A stretch of 64,000 nucleotides of DNA from an uncultured bacterium (lineage in GTDB: Bacteria; Verrucomicrobiota; Lentisphaeria; Victivallales; UBA1829): the NCBI GenBank assembly GCA_900548385.1, contig URKJ01000001.1:72360-136359 (forward strand), in the 5' to 3' direction. The translations under genes and the position numbers were made by a program. The notes beneath the pieces were generated by a model. It was not told the origin of the DNA, did no database searches, and saw only the letters and a list, made by a program, of their open reading frames with translations. This document shows, piece after piece, positions 53,530-61,895 of the stretch; within the stretch, counting starts at the first letter, position 1; every line of letters starts with the position of its first letter.

Positions 53530-54390
53530 ATGAAACGAAACTCATTCAAGGGCAGGCGGAGGCGAAAGAATGATCTTCCTCTGAAATTCCAGACTTACTT
53601 TTCCATGATAGAGCTTTTACTAGTTATTTCAATTATTGCAATATTGGCGTCTCTTCTGCTTCCCGTTCTGAACCGCGCCCGCGATTCCGCTCAGCAGTCC
53701 GCCTGCCGTTCCAACCTGAAACAGCTCGGCGCGGCGCTGGCCGGCTATACGGTTGATTCCGACGACTATTTTCATTTTTCCAAAACAGAGAGGAACAGTT
53801 CCTATCTGTACAAGACCTGGACGATGCTGTATGTTCAGAATGCCTATACTTCGGCAAAGCTGTTTCTGTGCGGAAGCCGCATCCCGGACAGTGAAACAAA
53901 GAGAAATTACAGGACGCGTTTAAAGACTTTCACCGCGACGACGGACAAGGGGTGGCCATGGCATTTTCCTGATTACGGTTACAATCATCTGCTGGGGAGC
54001 GATCATGCCGGAGTGCGCTGTTCACAAGGGCATACGGGGGTGCTGGATGCAGGGGTGAGAGTTGGACAGGTCCGGCGTCCATCGGGGATTCTGGCATTCG
54101 GAGAGTCACGCGAGGCGTTGACAGATGCAGCCCTTGCCAATCCTGCCGGTTATTTTATCGTTCATTCGAGATACAGTTTGAATACAAAATGCCATCATGG
54201 CTACACTTCCGGCAATCTGTTTCCCGTTCATGGCGTGATCTGCAATACGGTTTTCGTCGACGGACATACCGCTGCGTACCGGGCGCAGATTCCAGGTATT
54301 GAGGGAGGACGTTCCCTGTATGAGCAGCAGAGACTCGGCAACTGGTATATGGGAAAAACGGAAAACAACAGTTTTTATCCGTTGGAATAA
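53530..54390 (+). CDS. Prepilin-type N-terminal domain protein of the H-X9-DG family
   Basis: [31 protein letters not shown]-terminal [12 protein letters not shown]. Confidence 0.85.
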   Translation: MKRNSFKGRRRRKNDLPLKFQTYFSMIELLLVISIIAILASLLLPVLNRARDSAQQSACRSNLKQLGAALAGYTVDSDDYFHFSKTERNSSYLYKTWTMLYVQNAYTSAKLFLCGSRIPDSETKRNYRTRLKTFTATTDKGWPWHFPDYGYNHLLGSDHAGVRCSQGHTGVLDAGVRVGQVRRPSGILAFGESREALTDAALANPAGYFIVHSRYSLNTKCHHGYTSGNLFPVHGVICNTVFVDGHTAAYRAQIPGIEGGRSLYEQQRLGNWYMGKTENNSFYPLE

Positions 54391-54435
54391 CAATAGATTT
54401 CATTCCGTAAGATAACCATTTGAAAGGAGAATTGT

Positions 54436-56958
54436 ATGAGAAAAAAAAGATGGGGGCACCTCTTTGTCCTATTTGGATTTCTGAGCGTGCTCACGGCGGC
54501 GGAGAAAGAGTTTGATACCGGGGATGCGGTCCGTGGATCGGCGCCTGGAAATCTTTTTCTGGAATCGGAAAAATTGCTGTTTTCGCTTCGTCTTCCGCCA
54601 GGGGAAACACTGTATACCGTGACCGACGTTTACGGAAAAGTTCATGCATCCGGGACTTGGATCGGCGCGGATACCGCCGAGCTGCCGCGTCTGCCGCGCG
54701 GGTTGTATGAGATTGTCCTGAACAATAAAAATGCGGTCTTTACCCGGAACGTCACGTTTTCCGTTCTGCCGCCGCCGGCAAAAGTCGAGGATACGGTGCA
54801 GATATTCGGGTTCGATTCGGCGATCGACTGCTCCGACGGGGCGGACAGCGGGAGCGCTGAACTCCGTATCCGTCCCTCGCGGGAATGTCTGCTTGCCGCC
54901 GCCGTCCGCACGGGAATGCGCACGGTCCGGGTGCGGACGGGATGGCGTCAGTTGGTGAAAGACCGGTATGATGTGCTGCATCTGAAAAGCAAGCGGGCGA
55001 TTGCCGAATTGATGAAATCATACGGCATTGATTCCGCGGGCTGTATTGAAGGACCTAAAAACGATCCCTGGCGGAGAAGCGGAACGAAAATACCGCGCCG
55101 CGCTCAGATGAATGATAAATTCACGTCTCCGGATGATCTGTTTGATGCTTACCGGTACTGTAAAACGCTTGCCGCGACGATCGGCGGTGACGCTCTCCGT
55201 TATTGTGAATACCTCAACGAGCCTGATCTCAAGGGAGATCCGACGTGGGAAGTCGCCGCTCATTTCAAAGCCGCAGCACTGGGATTCCGGGCGGGCGACC
55301 CGAAGATGCGTATTATGACGCCGAGTTTCTGTCAGGAGGATCCCGTGATGCTGGACATCTTTCTCGGCAGCGATACCCGGTATTATTTTGATGTGTTCAA
55401 TATGCACTGTTACTGGGATTTGCTGGCGCACGGACGCTATTTCGGTACATTCCGCGATGCCATGCGCCGTGCCGGATGCGGCGACCGTGCAATCTTCGTA
55501 TCCGAAAACGGCGACGGCATGACTGCGATGAAGAAGAATCCGCGTTTTTCCGTCCGCGCGAAAAAATACCGCGAACTCTCACGGAAACAGGAGTTCGCAC
55601 AGGCGGAATGGCTTGCCAAAACCAGCCTTTCCATGCAGCGGCTTGGAATCTCCGTCAATATGATTTTCTATCTGACAACCCGTTTCGAGGGGGAGGCTCT
55701 GGACTGGGGACACTTCCGGACCGACCATTCGGCGCGTCCGTCGTTGACGGTGCAGGCGAATCTCGCTCATCATCTCATGCCGTGCCGGTATCTGGGCGTG
55801 TATAATCCGGCTCCCGGATTGCGGGGGATGCTTTATGCCCGTCTGGACGGGCTTCAGACTCTGCTGTTTTGGTCGGAGAATGATTTTGACAAGAAGGGAA
55901 AGGTAAGCCACTATGTCATTCCTGCTCCGAAGAAGCTTCGCACGTTTTCCCTGCCGGCACCCGATGGGGACTATCCGTTGTATGATATGTATGGATCAAC
56001 GCGTCCGGCGGTCCGTGTGAGCAATGGTAGAGCGTCCGCGGAGGTGTCTTCCATGCCGACGATCCTGACCGGAGTTTCCGGGTTGTCGCCGCAGGAACCT
56101 GCGCCGCCGCGTCCGCGGTTCACTGCCGATACGGATCCGGCGCTTGATATGGGAATTGTTGCCCGGATCATTCCCGGAGACGGTCTGGAACCGGATTCCG
56201 CCGGACATTTTGCGGAGCAGACAAAAAAGCGTGCGCAGTGCCGGATTGAACTTTATAATTTCGACGACAAGCCGAAATCCGGAACTCTGACCCTCTCCGG
56301 CTGCCGGATCATCAATGCTCCGGGAAAAGTGACTTTGCCGCCGGAATCGGCGGTCATGCTGGCGTTCGAGGTCGAACCGGAACAGAAAGGGGACTTTCAG
56401 TCTGTTCTGGAAGTCGGCGGCAAATTCGGCGGCAAGCGCATATCGCGGGCGTTCATGCCTGTCCGGTATGTGTTTGATCCTGCGGCGTTTGATATGATCC
56501 CATGTCCGGAACTGCTGGTGCCGGAACGCTGGCGTCCGATCTCGTCCAGTCCGATGCGGATCTTTTCGCCGGAACCGGGTGTGATCGCATTCCGGGTTGA
56601 TAAATTTCTCAACAACAATCGCTGGACGGCTCCTTCCACACTGCTGAAACCGGGTGAGTTCAACCTGGCGGATACCATCGGCATTGCGTTTGAGACGAGG
56701 ACGCTGGGAAAGGTCGTGTCGCCGAATCGCAACGTGGCGCTGCTTCGTCAAAAGGTGAAAGAACAGGGGAATGCCCGTACTTCCCTCTATCGAATTCCGC
56801 AAAACCAGGAATGGCACGAGTGCCGGGTTTTCTGGAATGCGGACCGGAAATGGCTTGAAAAGACCACGCAGATTCGGTTCGGTGGCAGTTCCAGCAAAAG
56901 CGAGTGGGTCGAATTCCAATATCGGAATATCCGTTTCCTCAAATTGAAAGGAAAATAA
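54436..56958 (+). CDS. Secreted glycoside-hydrolase-like protein (840 aa; TIM-barrel-like core plus C-terminal beta-sandwich modules)
   Basis: Signal peptide MRKKRWGHLFVLFGFLSVLTAAE. CEYLNEPDL (Asn-Glu motif). FVSENGD candidate nucleophile region. C-terminal EFQYRNIRFLKL. Confidence 0.72.
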   Translation: MRKKRWGHLFVLFGFLSVLTAAEKEFDTGDAVRGSAPGNLFLESEKLLFSLRLPPGETLYTVTDVYGKVHASGTWIGADTAELPRLPRGLYEIVLNNKNAVFTRNVTFSVLPPPAKVEDTVQIFGFDSAIDCSDGADSGSAELRIRPSRECLLAAAVRTGMRTVRVRTGWRQLVKDRYDVLHLKSKRAIAELMKSYGIDSAGCIEGPKNDPWRRSGTKIPRRAQMNDKFTSPDDLFDAYRYCKTLAATIGGDALRYCEYLNEPDLKGDPTWEVAAHFKAAALGFRAGDPKMRIMTPSFCQEDPVMLDIFLGSDTRYYFDVFNMHCYWDLLAHGRYFGTFRDAMRRAGCGDRAIFVSENGDGMTAMKKNPRFSVRAKKYRELSRKQEFAQAEWLAKTSLSMQRLGISVNMIFYLTTRFEGEALDWGHFRTDHSARPSLTVQANLAHHLMPCRYLGVYNPAPGLRGMLYARLDGLQTLLFWSENDFDKKGKVSHYVIPAPKKLRTFSLPAPDGDYPLYDMYGSTRPAVRVSNGRASAEVSSMPTILTGVSGLSPQEPAPPRPRFTADTDPALDMGIVARIIPGDGLEPDSAGHFAEQTKKRAQCRIELYNFDDKPKSGTLTLSGCRIINAPGKVTLPPESAVMLAFEVEPEQKGDFQSVLEVGGKFGGKRISRAFMPVRYVFDPAAFDMIPCPELLVPERWRPISSSPMRIFSPEPGVIAFRVDKFLNNNRWTAPSTLLKPGEFNLADTIGIAFETRTLGKVVSPNRNVALLRQKVKEQGNARTSLYRIPQNQEWHECRVFWNADRKWLEKTTQIRFGGSSSKSEWVEFQYRNIRFLKLKGK

Positions 56959-56961
56959 AGA

Positions 56962-58281
56962 ATGCGGAAAATCGTTCAAATACTTGTCGGCATTGTCGTT
57001 CTTCTGACGGCTGTCGCGGAATCGGCGGAACCTGCGGACTGTTCTTTGCGTGACGGACTGCCGTTTTTTGTGGAAAAGCTCCGTAACGGAAAACCGGTGA
57101 CGGTTGTCTATTTCGGCGGCAGTATAACATATGACCGGCGTGGTTGGCGCGTGCTTGTTTCCGACTGGTTGAACCGTAAACATCCGAATGTGAAATTCCG
57201 TCATGTCAATGCCGCTGTCGGCGGGACTGGATCGGATGTCGGATTTTTCCGGCTGGAAAAAGACGTTCTGGCGCACAGTCCGGATCTGGTCTTTGTGGAG
57301 TTTGCGGTAAATGACCGCAACAAAGCGGCTCTCTATACACAGCGCTGCATGGAGGGGATCGTCCGGAAGATCCGGAGTCGTCTGCCGAATTGTGATATCT
57401 GTTTTGTCTATACTGCCACGGCGCAGGATTTGAAGAATTTTGCCGGCGGAACCTGGATGAGATCCGTTGAAGCGATGGAAAAGGTTGCGGAACATTACCG
57501 TCTGCCGAGTGTGTTCCTGGCTGCCGATGCGCTGCGGCTGTACAAAAAGGGAAAATTGCGGCTTCAAACGGATTCCCGGCTGGAATTGCGTCGGGGCGAT
57601 GGAAAACGGTTAGGTCTGAATCTGATGGAGACCAACGGGGCTGAATTCGGCATTGCCCTGCCGGTGCGGGTTGACAGGGAAGGGTGTATGGTTTTCAGCC
57701 GGGACGGCGTGCATCCTCTTTTTGATACGGGACATCAGCTGTATTTCAACGTTCTCCGTCGTGCGCTGTCAGCGCTTCCGCCGCAATCTTCCGCTCCCCG
57801 GTCTCTTCCGGAACCGCTGGATGAGGACAACCTTGCAGCAATGAAAACAGTGCTTCCCGATCCGCGGAATATTACCGGTGGCATTGCGGAAAAACTGTCG
57901 GAACGTTCCGTTCCCGGACGCATTTATCAGAATGAAATATGGAAACTGCCGGCAGGAAGCGAAATGCTGCTGGAGTTCAACGGCTCCATGCTGCTGTTGA
58001 ATACTCTGCGCGGTCCTGATTGCGGTTGGGTGGAGTTTTCTGTGGATGGCGGCAAGCCTGTGCGCGTTCTCAACTTCACACCGATTTCCTCCGGTTATAC
58101 TCCGTCGAATATCATGCTCCCGGCGGGAACTGCCGGACGTCATCAGCTGAGACTCCGGGTATTGAATGAGAGTGTAAACAAGAAAAAGATTCTTCGTCCC
58201 AACCTCCGATCCAGCATGGACAAGACTCCGGAACGGTTCCGGGAAACAAATTTTTATCTGCGTTTTATTCTAGTCCGCTGA
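56962..58281 (+). CDS. SGNH/GDSL-type hydrolase (esterase) with C-terminal beta-sandwich domain
   Basis: Signal peptide. Block I VVYFGGSITYD, FVEFAVNDRN, block V SRDGVHP. Confidence 0.82.
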   Translation: MRKIVQILVGIVVLLTAVAESAEPADCSLRDGLPFFVEKLRNGKPVTVVYFGGSITYDRRGWRVLVSDWLNRKHPNVKFRHVNAAVGGTGSDVGFFRLEKDVLAHSPDLVFVEFAVNDRNKAALYTQRCMEGIVRKIRSRLPNCDICFVYTATAQDLKNFAGGTWMRSVEAMEKVAEHYRLPSVFLAADALRLYKKGKLRLQTDSRLELRRGDGKRLGLNLMETNGAEFGIALPVRVDREGCMVFSRDGVHPLFDTGHQLYFNVLRRALSALPPQSSAPRSLPEPLDEDNLAAMKTVLPDPRNITGGIAEKLSERSVPGRIYQNEIWKLPAGSEMLLEFNGSMLLLNTLRGPDCGWVEFSVDGGKPVRVLNFTPISSGYTPSNIMLPAGTAGRHQLRLRVLNESVNKKKILRPNLRSSMDKTPERFRETNFYLRFILVR

Positions 58282-58287
58282 AAAACA

Positions 58288-58322
58288 CTCCGCCGGATGA
58301 TCCTGTCCGGCGGAGCGTTTTC
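58288..58322 (+). terminator. Rho-independent terminator after the SGNH gene
   Basis: CTCCGCCGGA (58288-58297) pairs with TCCGGCGGAG (58306-58315), followed by CGTTTTCCTGTTTT. Confidence 0.7.
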
Positions 58323-58389
58323 CTGTTTTCCGCTTGTCAAGAATTTTTTCAAAAAAAGAGCGTTCCGGGGGCTTGACAAAACGGTGATC
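58323..58389. repeat. Copy B of the ~68-nt intergenic element (inverted repeat TTGTCAAG ... CTTGACAA)
   Basis: CTGTTTTCCGCTTGTCAAGAATTTTTTCAAAAAAAGAGCGTTCCGGGGGCTTGACAAAACGGTGATC. See copy A at 52233-52301. Confidence 0.85.
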
Positions 58390-58549
58390 CGGCAAATTTG
58401 GCACACACAAGCAGTGTTTTAATTAATTCGCTGTTTTGTCGTTTCTCATTTGAATTTTTCATCGTTGAGCAATATTGTACTTCCTGATTGAAAGCTGCAA
58501 ATCATTTGGTTTCTGATTAATGGAAAGCAACACAGGGAGATTCCGTTTT

Positions 58550-61204
58550 ATGACTGATATCAGAAATACACCGCCGCCGTTTCCGCAGGGCGAACCGCGA
58601 TTCGTTGAAGCATTGCGCAGAAAACCGGAGTTCCGTCCGTACTGGAACCGGAACCTGGAACCTCGGAAAGACGAGGCGGATTTCCGCAAAGGGCTTGATT
58701 TCCGCGCGGAATTTCCCGATCCGGAAGAACTGCTCGTCACCGCAACGGAGGAAATGCTCCGTTTTCTTCGGGAAGCCGATATTTTCGTTCCCGGTGCAAC
58801 GTCGATCATTACACGCAAAGCCGGGAATCTCGAAGGGGAAAGTTTCCGCATCGTCGTCGAACGGGATCAAATCACTATTGAAGCCGGTGATACCGAAGGA
58901 ATCCGCCGCGGAGTTTACTACTTGGAGGATCTTCTCGCTGGAAGCCGCGCCCCTTTTCTGAAACTTGGAGAAACCCGTCGTGATCCGTGGCTGAAAAACC
59001 GCATTTCCCGCTGTTTCTTCGGTCCGATCAAACGCCCGCCGTTCAACCGCGACGAACTGATGGATGAAATCGACTATTATCCGGAAGAGTACCTGAACCG
59101 TCTTGCCAGGGAAGGGGTCAACGGCTTGTGGCTGACGATTGTTTTCCGGGAAATCTGCACGACATCTTTTTATCCCCGCAACCCGGATGCGGAAAGGCGT
59201 CTCGAAAAACTTCGCCGCTCCGTCAGGAAATGCCGACGCTACGGAATTAAAATATGGGTTTTCTGCATTGAGCCTGCCTGCTGGGGGGCAGCCAATCCCT
59301 GTCCGGAAGGGCATCCGGAACTCAAAGGGCCTCCTTCCTATGTCGGGCCGAGTTTCTGCCCGGATTCGGACGCGGCAAAACAATATTTATACGAATGCAC
59401 AAACAGTCTTTTTGCCGCGGTTCCGGATCTCGGCGGGCTCATCACAATCTCTCACGGGGAGCGTCCGACCTCCTGTTTGAGCACGCTTTCGGTTTATGGT
59501 CACAAGAAAAATCCATGCGAAGGCAAGTGTGATCTTTCCATCGGGGAAATCCTGAGCAGGGTTCTGCTTCCCATGGCGGACGGTATGCATGCGGCAAATC
59601 CGAACGCCGAACTCATCAGCTGGCTTTACATGCCTTACCGCGATCAGCTCTCCGGCTGGATTTATGAAATGCCCGAACGGCTTACAAAGGACGTAATTCT
59701 CGCTTTCAATTTTGAATCGGGATGCAACAAGGAACAGCTTGGTAAAGTGCGGAGCGGCGGTGATTACTGGCTCTCATGCGTCGGACCGAGCGATCGTTTC
59801 GGACGCATGGCGGCGGCAGCGCGCGGCAGGTGCGAAATGGCGGCAAAACTGCAGGTCTGCTGTTCCCACGAAGTCGCCACGATCCCGTTCCTTCCCGTTC
59901 CCGGACTCATTTACCGGAAATACAGAGAAATGAAAAAACTCGGCGTCAGGCACGTCATTCAATGCTGGTATTTCGGAAACTATCCCGGACTCATGAACAA
60001 GGCGGCGGGACTTCTCGCGTTTGAAGATTTCACGCGCCCGGAAAAGGAATTTCTTGAAGAACTCGCATTCAGCGAATGGGGTGCACATGCGGAGGACATG
60101 GCTGAAATATGGAACGACTTCGCGGAGGCTTACTCCAATTATCCGCTTGATATCCAGTTCCAGTATTACGGACCGATGCACGACGGTCCGGTCTGGCCCC
60201 TGCATTTGAAACAGGTTATGAAACAGCTTCCCCGGACATGGAAGCCGGACTATGCTCCCGCAGGCGATGCCGTCGGTGAATGCATGTTCAACCATGAACT
60301 TCCGGAGACCATGCTTCTTACGCGGAAAATTGCGGACGGCTGGCACAAAGGCATGGAAAAACTCAATACATTCGTCCGTGAATATCTGGATCGTTCCGAA
60401 CGGATGCTTGACGCTTCGCTGTATGAGGCGCTTGACATTCAGTTCCGTTCCGGAGCCAATATTCTCGAATTTTTCACGCTCAGAAACCGTCTGATGGATT
60501 CGCCCCCGGATGCGGAAAAACTTCTGGACCGGCTGGAAGCCATCGTGAAAGAGGAGATCGAAAACAGCCTCCGTCTGGCGGAGCTCTGCGAGGCGGATTC
60601 CCGTCTCGGCTATCATTCCGAGGCGGAAGTCTATAAATATTTTCCGGAAAAACTGCGCTGGCGCGTTGCGGTTCTGCAGGATATTCTTGCGGAAGATTTT
60701 GCCGGATGCCGGATCAAACTCCGGGAAGGAGCTCCGGCAGGGGACTTCCTGCGGAAGCAGGAGAAAATTCATACGGCAGGTTCCGTTTACCATGCCGGCA
60801 ATATCTCATGGAGTATGACGGCGGATATTGAAAATGTCGTATTTGATATTGAATGCCGCCGTAATGACAGCCGCGGAGAAAATGGAAAGATTTCCTTGTT
60901 TCTCATGGATCGCAAAGGGGAACGTACTCCCTGGCGTATTTGCATTGATAATAATGACACCGTGTTTGGTTCCTGGGACGCGGTGCATGTCGAATCGAAA
61001 GAGGAGAACGGCTGCAGAAAAATCGCAGCGGTGTTCCCGCGTGCAATGATCGGCAACAATGAATTCTATTTCGGAATTGAGCATTGCTGGAACGATGCGC
61101 AGGGAGTTCATTCGGAACATTATCCGGCGGGAAATTATCCGGATGAACAGCGTCTGAATCTCGGAACGTTCTCCCCGGACCGGATGGTTCTGGTCCGGAT
61201 TTAA
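58550..61204 (+). CDS. Large glycoside-hydrolase-like protein without signal peptide (884 aa), with C-terminal CBM9-like module
   Basis: N-terminal alpha/beta module ending DTEGIRRGVYYLEDLL (like the N-domains of GH20/GH67-type enzymes). TIM-barrel-like GVNGLWLTIVFRE...IKIWVFCIEP. C-terminus FYFGIEHCWND...RLNLGTFSPDRMVLV. Start ATG 58550 or 58520. Confidence 0.65.
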   Translation: MTDIRNTPPPFPQGEPRFVEALRRKPEFRPYWNRNLEPRKDEADFRKGLDFRAEFPDPEELLVTATEEMLRFLREADIFVPGATSIITRKAGNLEGESFRIVVERDQITIEAGDTEGIRRGVYYLEDLLAGSRAPFLKLGETRRDPWLKNRISRCFFGPIKRPPFNRDELMDEIDYYPEEYLNRLAREGVNGLWLTIVFREICTTSFYPRNPDAERRLEKLRRSVRKCRRYGIKIWVFCIEPACWGAANPCPEGHPELKGPPSYVGPSFCPDSDAAKQYLYECTNSLFAAVPDLGGLITISHGERPTSCLSTLSVYGHKKNPCEGKCDLSIGEILSRVLLPMADGMHAANPNAELISWLYMPYRDQLSGWIYEMPERLTKDVILAFNFESGCNKEQLGKVRSGGDYWLSCVGPSDRFGRMAAAARGRCEMAAKLQVCCSHEVATIPFLPVPGLIYRKYREMKKLGVRHVIQCWYFGNYPGLMNKAAGLLAFEDFTRPEKEFLEELAFSEWGAHAEDMAEIWNDFAEAYSNYPLDIQFQYYGPMHDGPVWPLHLKQVMKQLPRTWKPDYAPAGDAVGECMFNHELPETMLLTRKIADGWHKGMEKLNTFVREYLDRSERMLDASLYEALDIQFRSGANILEFFTLRNRLMDSPPDAEKLLDRLEAIVKEEIENSLRLAELCEADSRLGYHSEAEVYKYFPEKLRWRVAVLQDILAEDFAGCRIKLREGAPAGDFLRKQEKIHTAGSVYHAGNISWSMTADIENVVFDIECRRNDSRGENGKISLFLMDRKGERTPWRICIDNNDTVFGSWDAVHVESKEENGCRKIAAVFPRAMIGNNEFYFGIEHCWNDAQGVHSEHYPAGNYPDEQRLNLGTFSPDRMVLVRI

Positions 61205-61211
61205 AAATCGT

Positions 61212-61251
61212 GATGCTGTCCGCGGCTTGTCTGATGAGCCCGGACAGCATC
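61212..61251. terminator. Hairpin terminator between convergent genes
   Basis: GATGCTGTCCG (61212-61222) pairs with CGGACAGCATC (61241-61251). On the minus strand the hairpin is followed by ACGATTTTT. Confidence 0.6.
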
Positions 61252-61277
61252 ATGACTGAACCTGTTTTCTGTTTCCG

Positions 61278-61610
61278 TTATCCCAGCAGGGCTTTGGCCT
61301 TGTCAGGTGAAAAATTGACCCATTGACCGTTGTTGTCCAGAATATCAATGGAAGTCACTTCCGCTTTGGAGAACTGCCTGCGGAGTGTTGTTTCCGAAGA
61401 TGTTCCCATGAAAGAAACATCGTGTCCCATCACGGCCCGGACCAGCGGATCACTGGAATGAATCCTGACGCGGAGCCCCTGTGCTCCGCTTTTCCCCGTA
61501 AAAACCTGCAGATTATTCTGCTGGATGAAGTTCTGGTTGAACACTCCGCCGACAACCGTGTCGAGGTCTTCCTTGCCGAGTTCCTGAATCTTGTCATTGA
61601 ATTCTTTCAT
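61278..61610 (-). CDS. Small secreted-type protein with double-glycine (bacteriocin-type) leader, apparent paralog of 43948..44235
   Basis: MKEFNDKIQELGKEDLDTVVGG|VFNQ... fits the LxxxDLxxVxGG consensus. AAAGGAA RBS. Core shares GK(N/S)G...I(Y/H)SS...D(M/V)S...Q(Y/F) landmarks with the other GG protein. Confidence 0.6.
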   Translation of the reverse strand: MKEFNDKIQELGKEDLDTVVGGVFNQNFIQQNNLQVFTGKSGAQGLRVRIHSSDPLVRAVMGHDVSFMGTSSETTLRRQFSKAEVTSIDILDNNGQWVNFSPDKAKALLG

Positions 61611-61645
61611 TTTGCATTCCTTTCAGTTAATTGTTACACCTTGTA

Positions 61646-61671
61646 AACGCAGTATACGGTGAAAGGTTACA
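61646..61671 (-). promoter_or_regulatory. ECF-sigma-like promoter motif TGTAAC-N16-CGTT upstream of GG-leader gene 2
   Basis: Minus strand reads TGTAAC (61671-61666), 16 nt, CGTT (61649-61646). The flanks are conserved with 43858-43900. Confidence 0.45.
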
Positions 61672-61895
61672 GGGGAAAAGTTTTTTTTAACGGGAAACGA
61701 CAGAGGATGATCAAGACAACCAACTTGCCGCTCAAGGAGCTTTGAACCCGGTTTTCCGGTCATCGCTGCCCAAGTTATCCCTGAATTCTTATTTCCTGTT
61801 TTTTCCCGTGAAAGGATCAAACAATTCCGGCTGTGCTGGCTTGGTCCGCTGAATTTTTCCTTGTGACGCCCGCATAATATATATTGTATATATCT

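Noticed and set aside
58399-58413. TGGCAC-N6-AGCA resembling a sigma54 -24/-12 promoter downstream of repeat copy B.
   Set aside because: The GG-to-GC spacing is one nt shorter than the canonical TGGCAC-N5-TTGC arrangement, the -12 element lacks TTGC, and no enhancer-binding-protein gene is nearby. It is probably chance.
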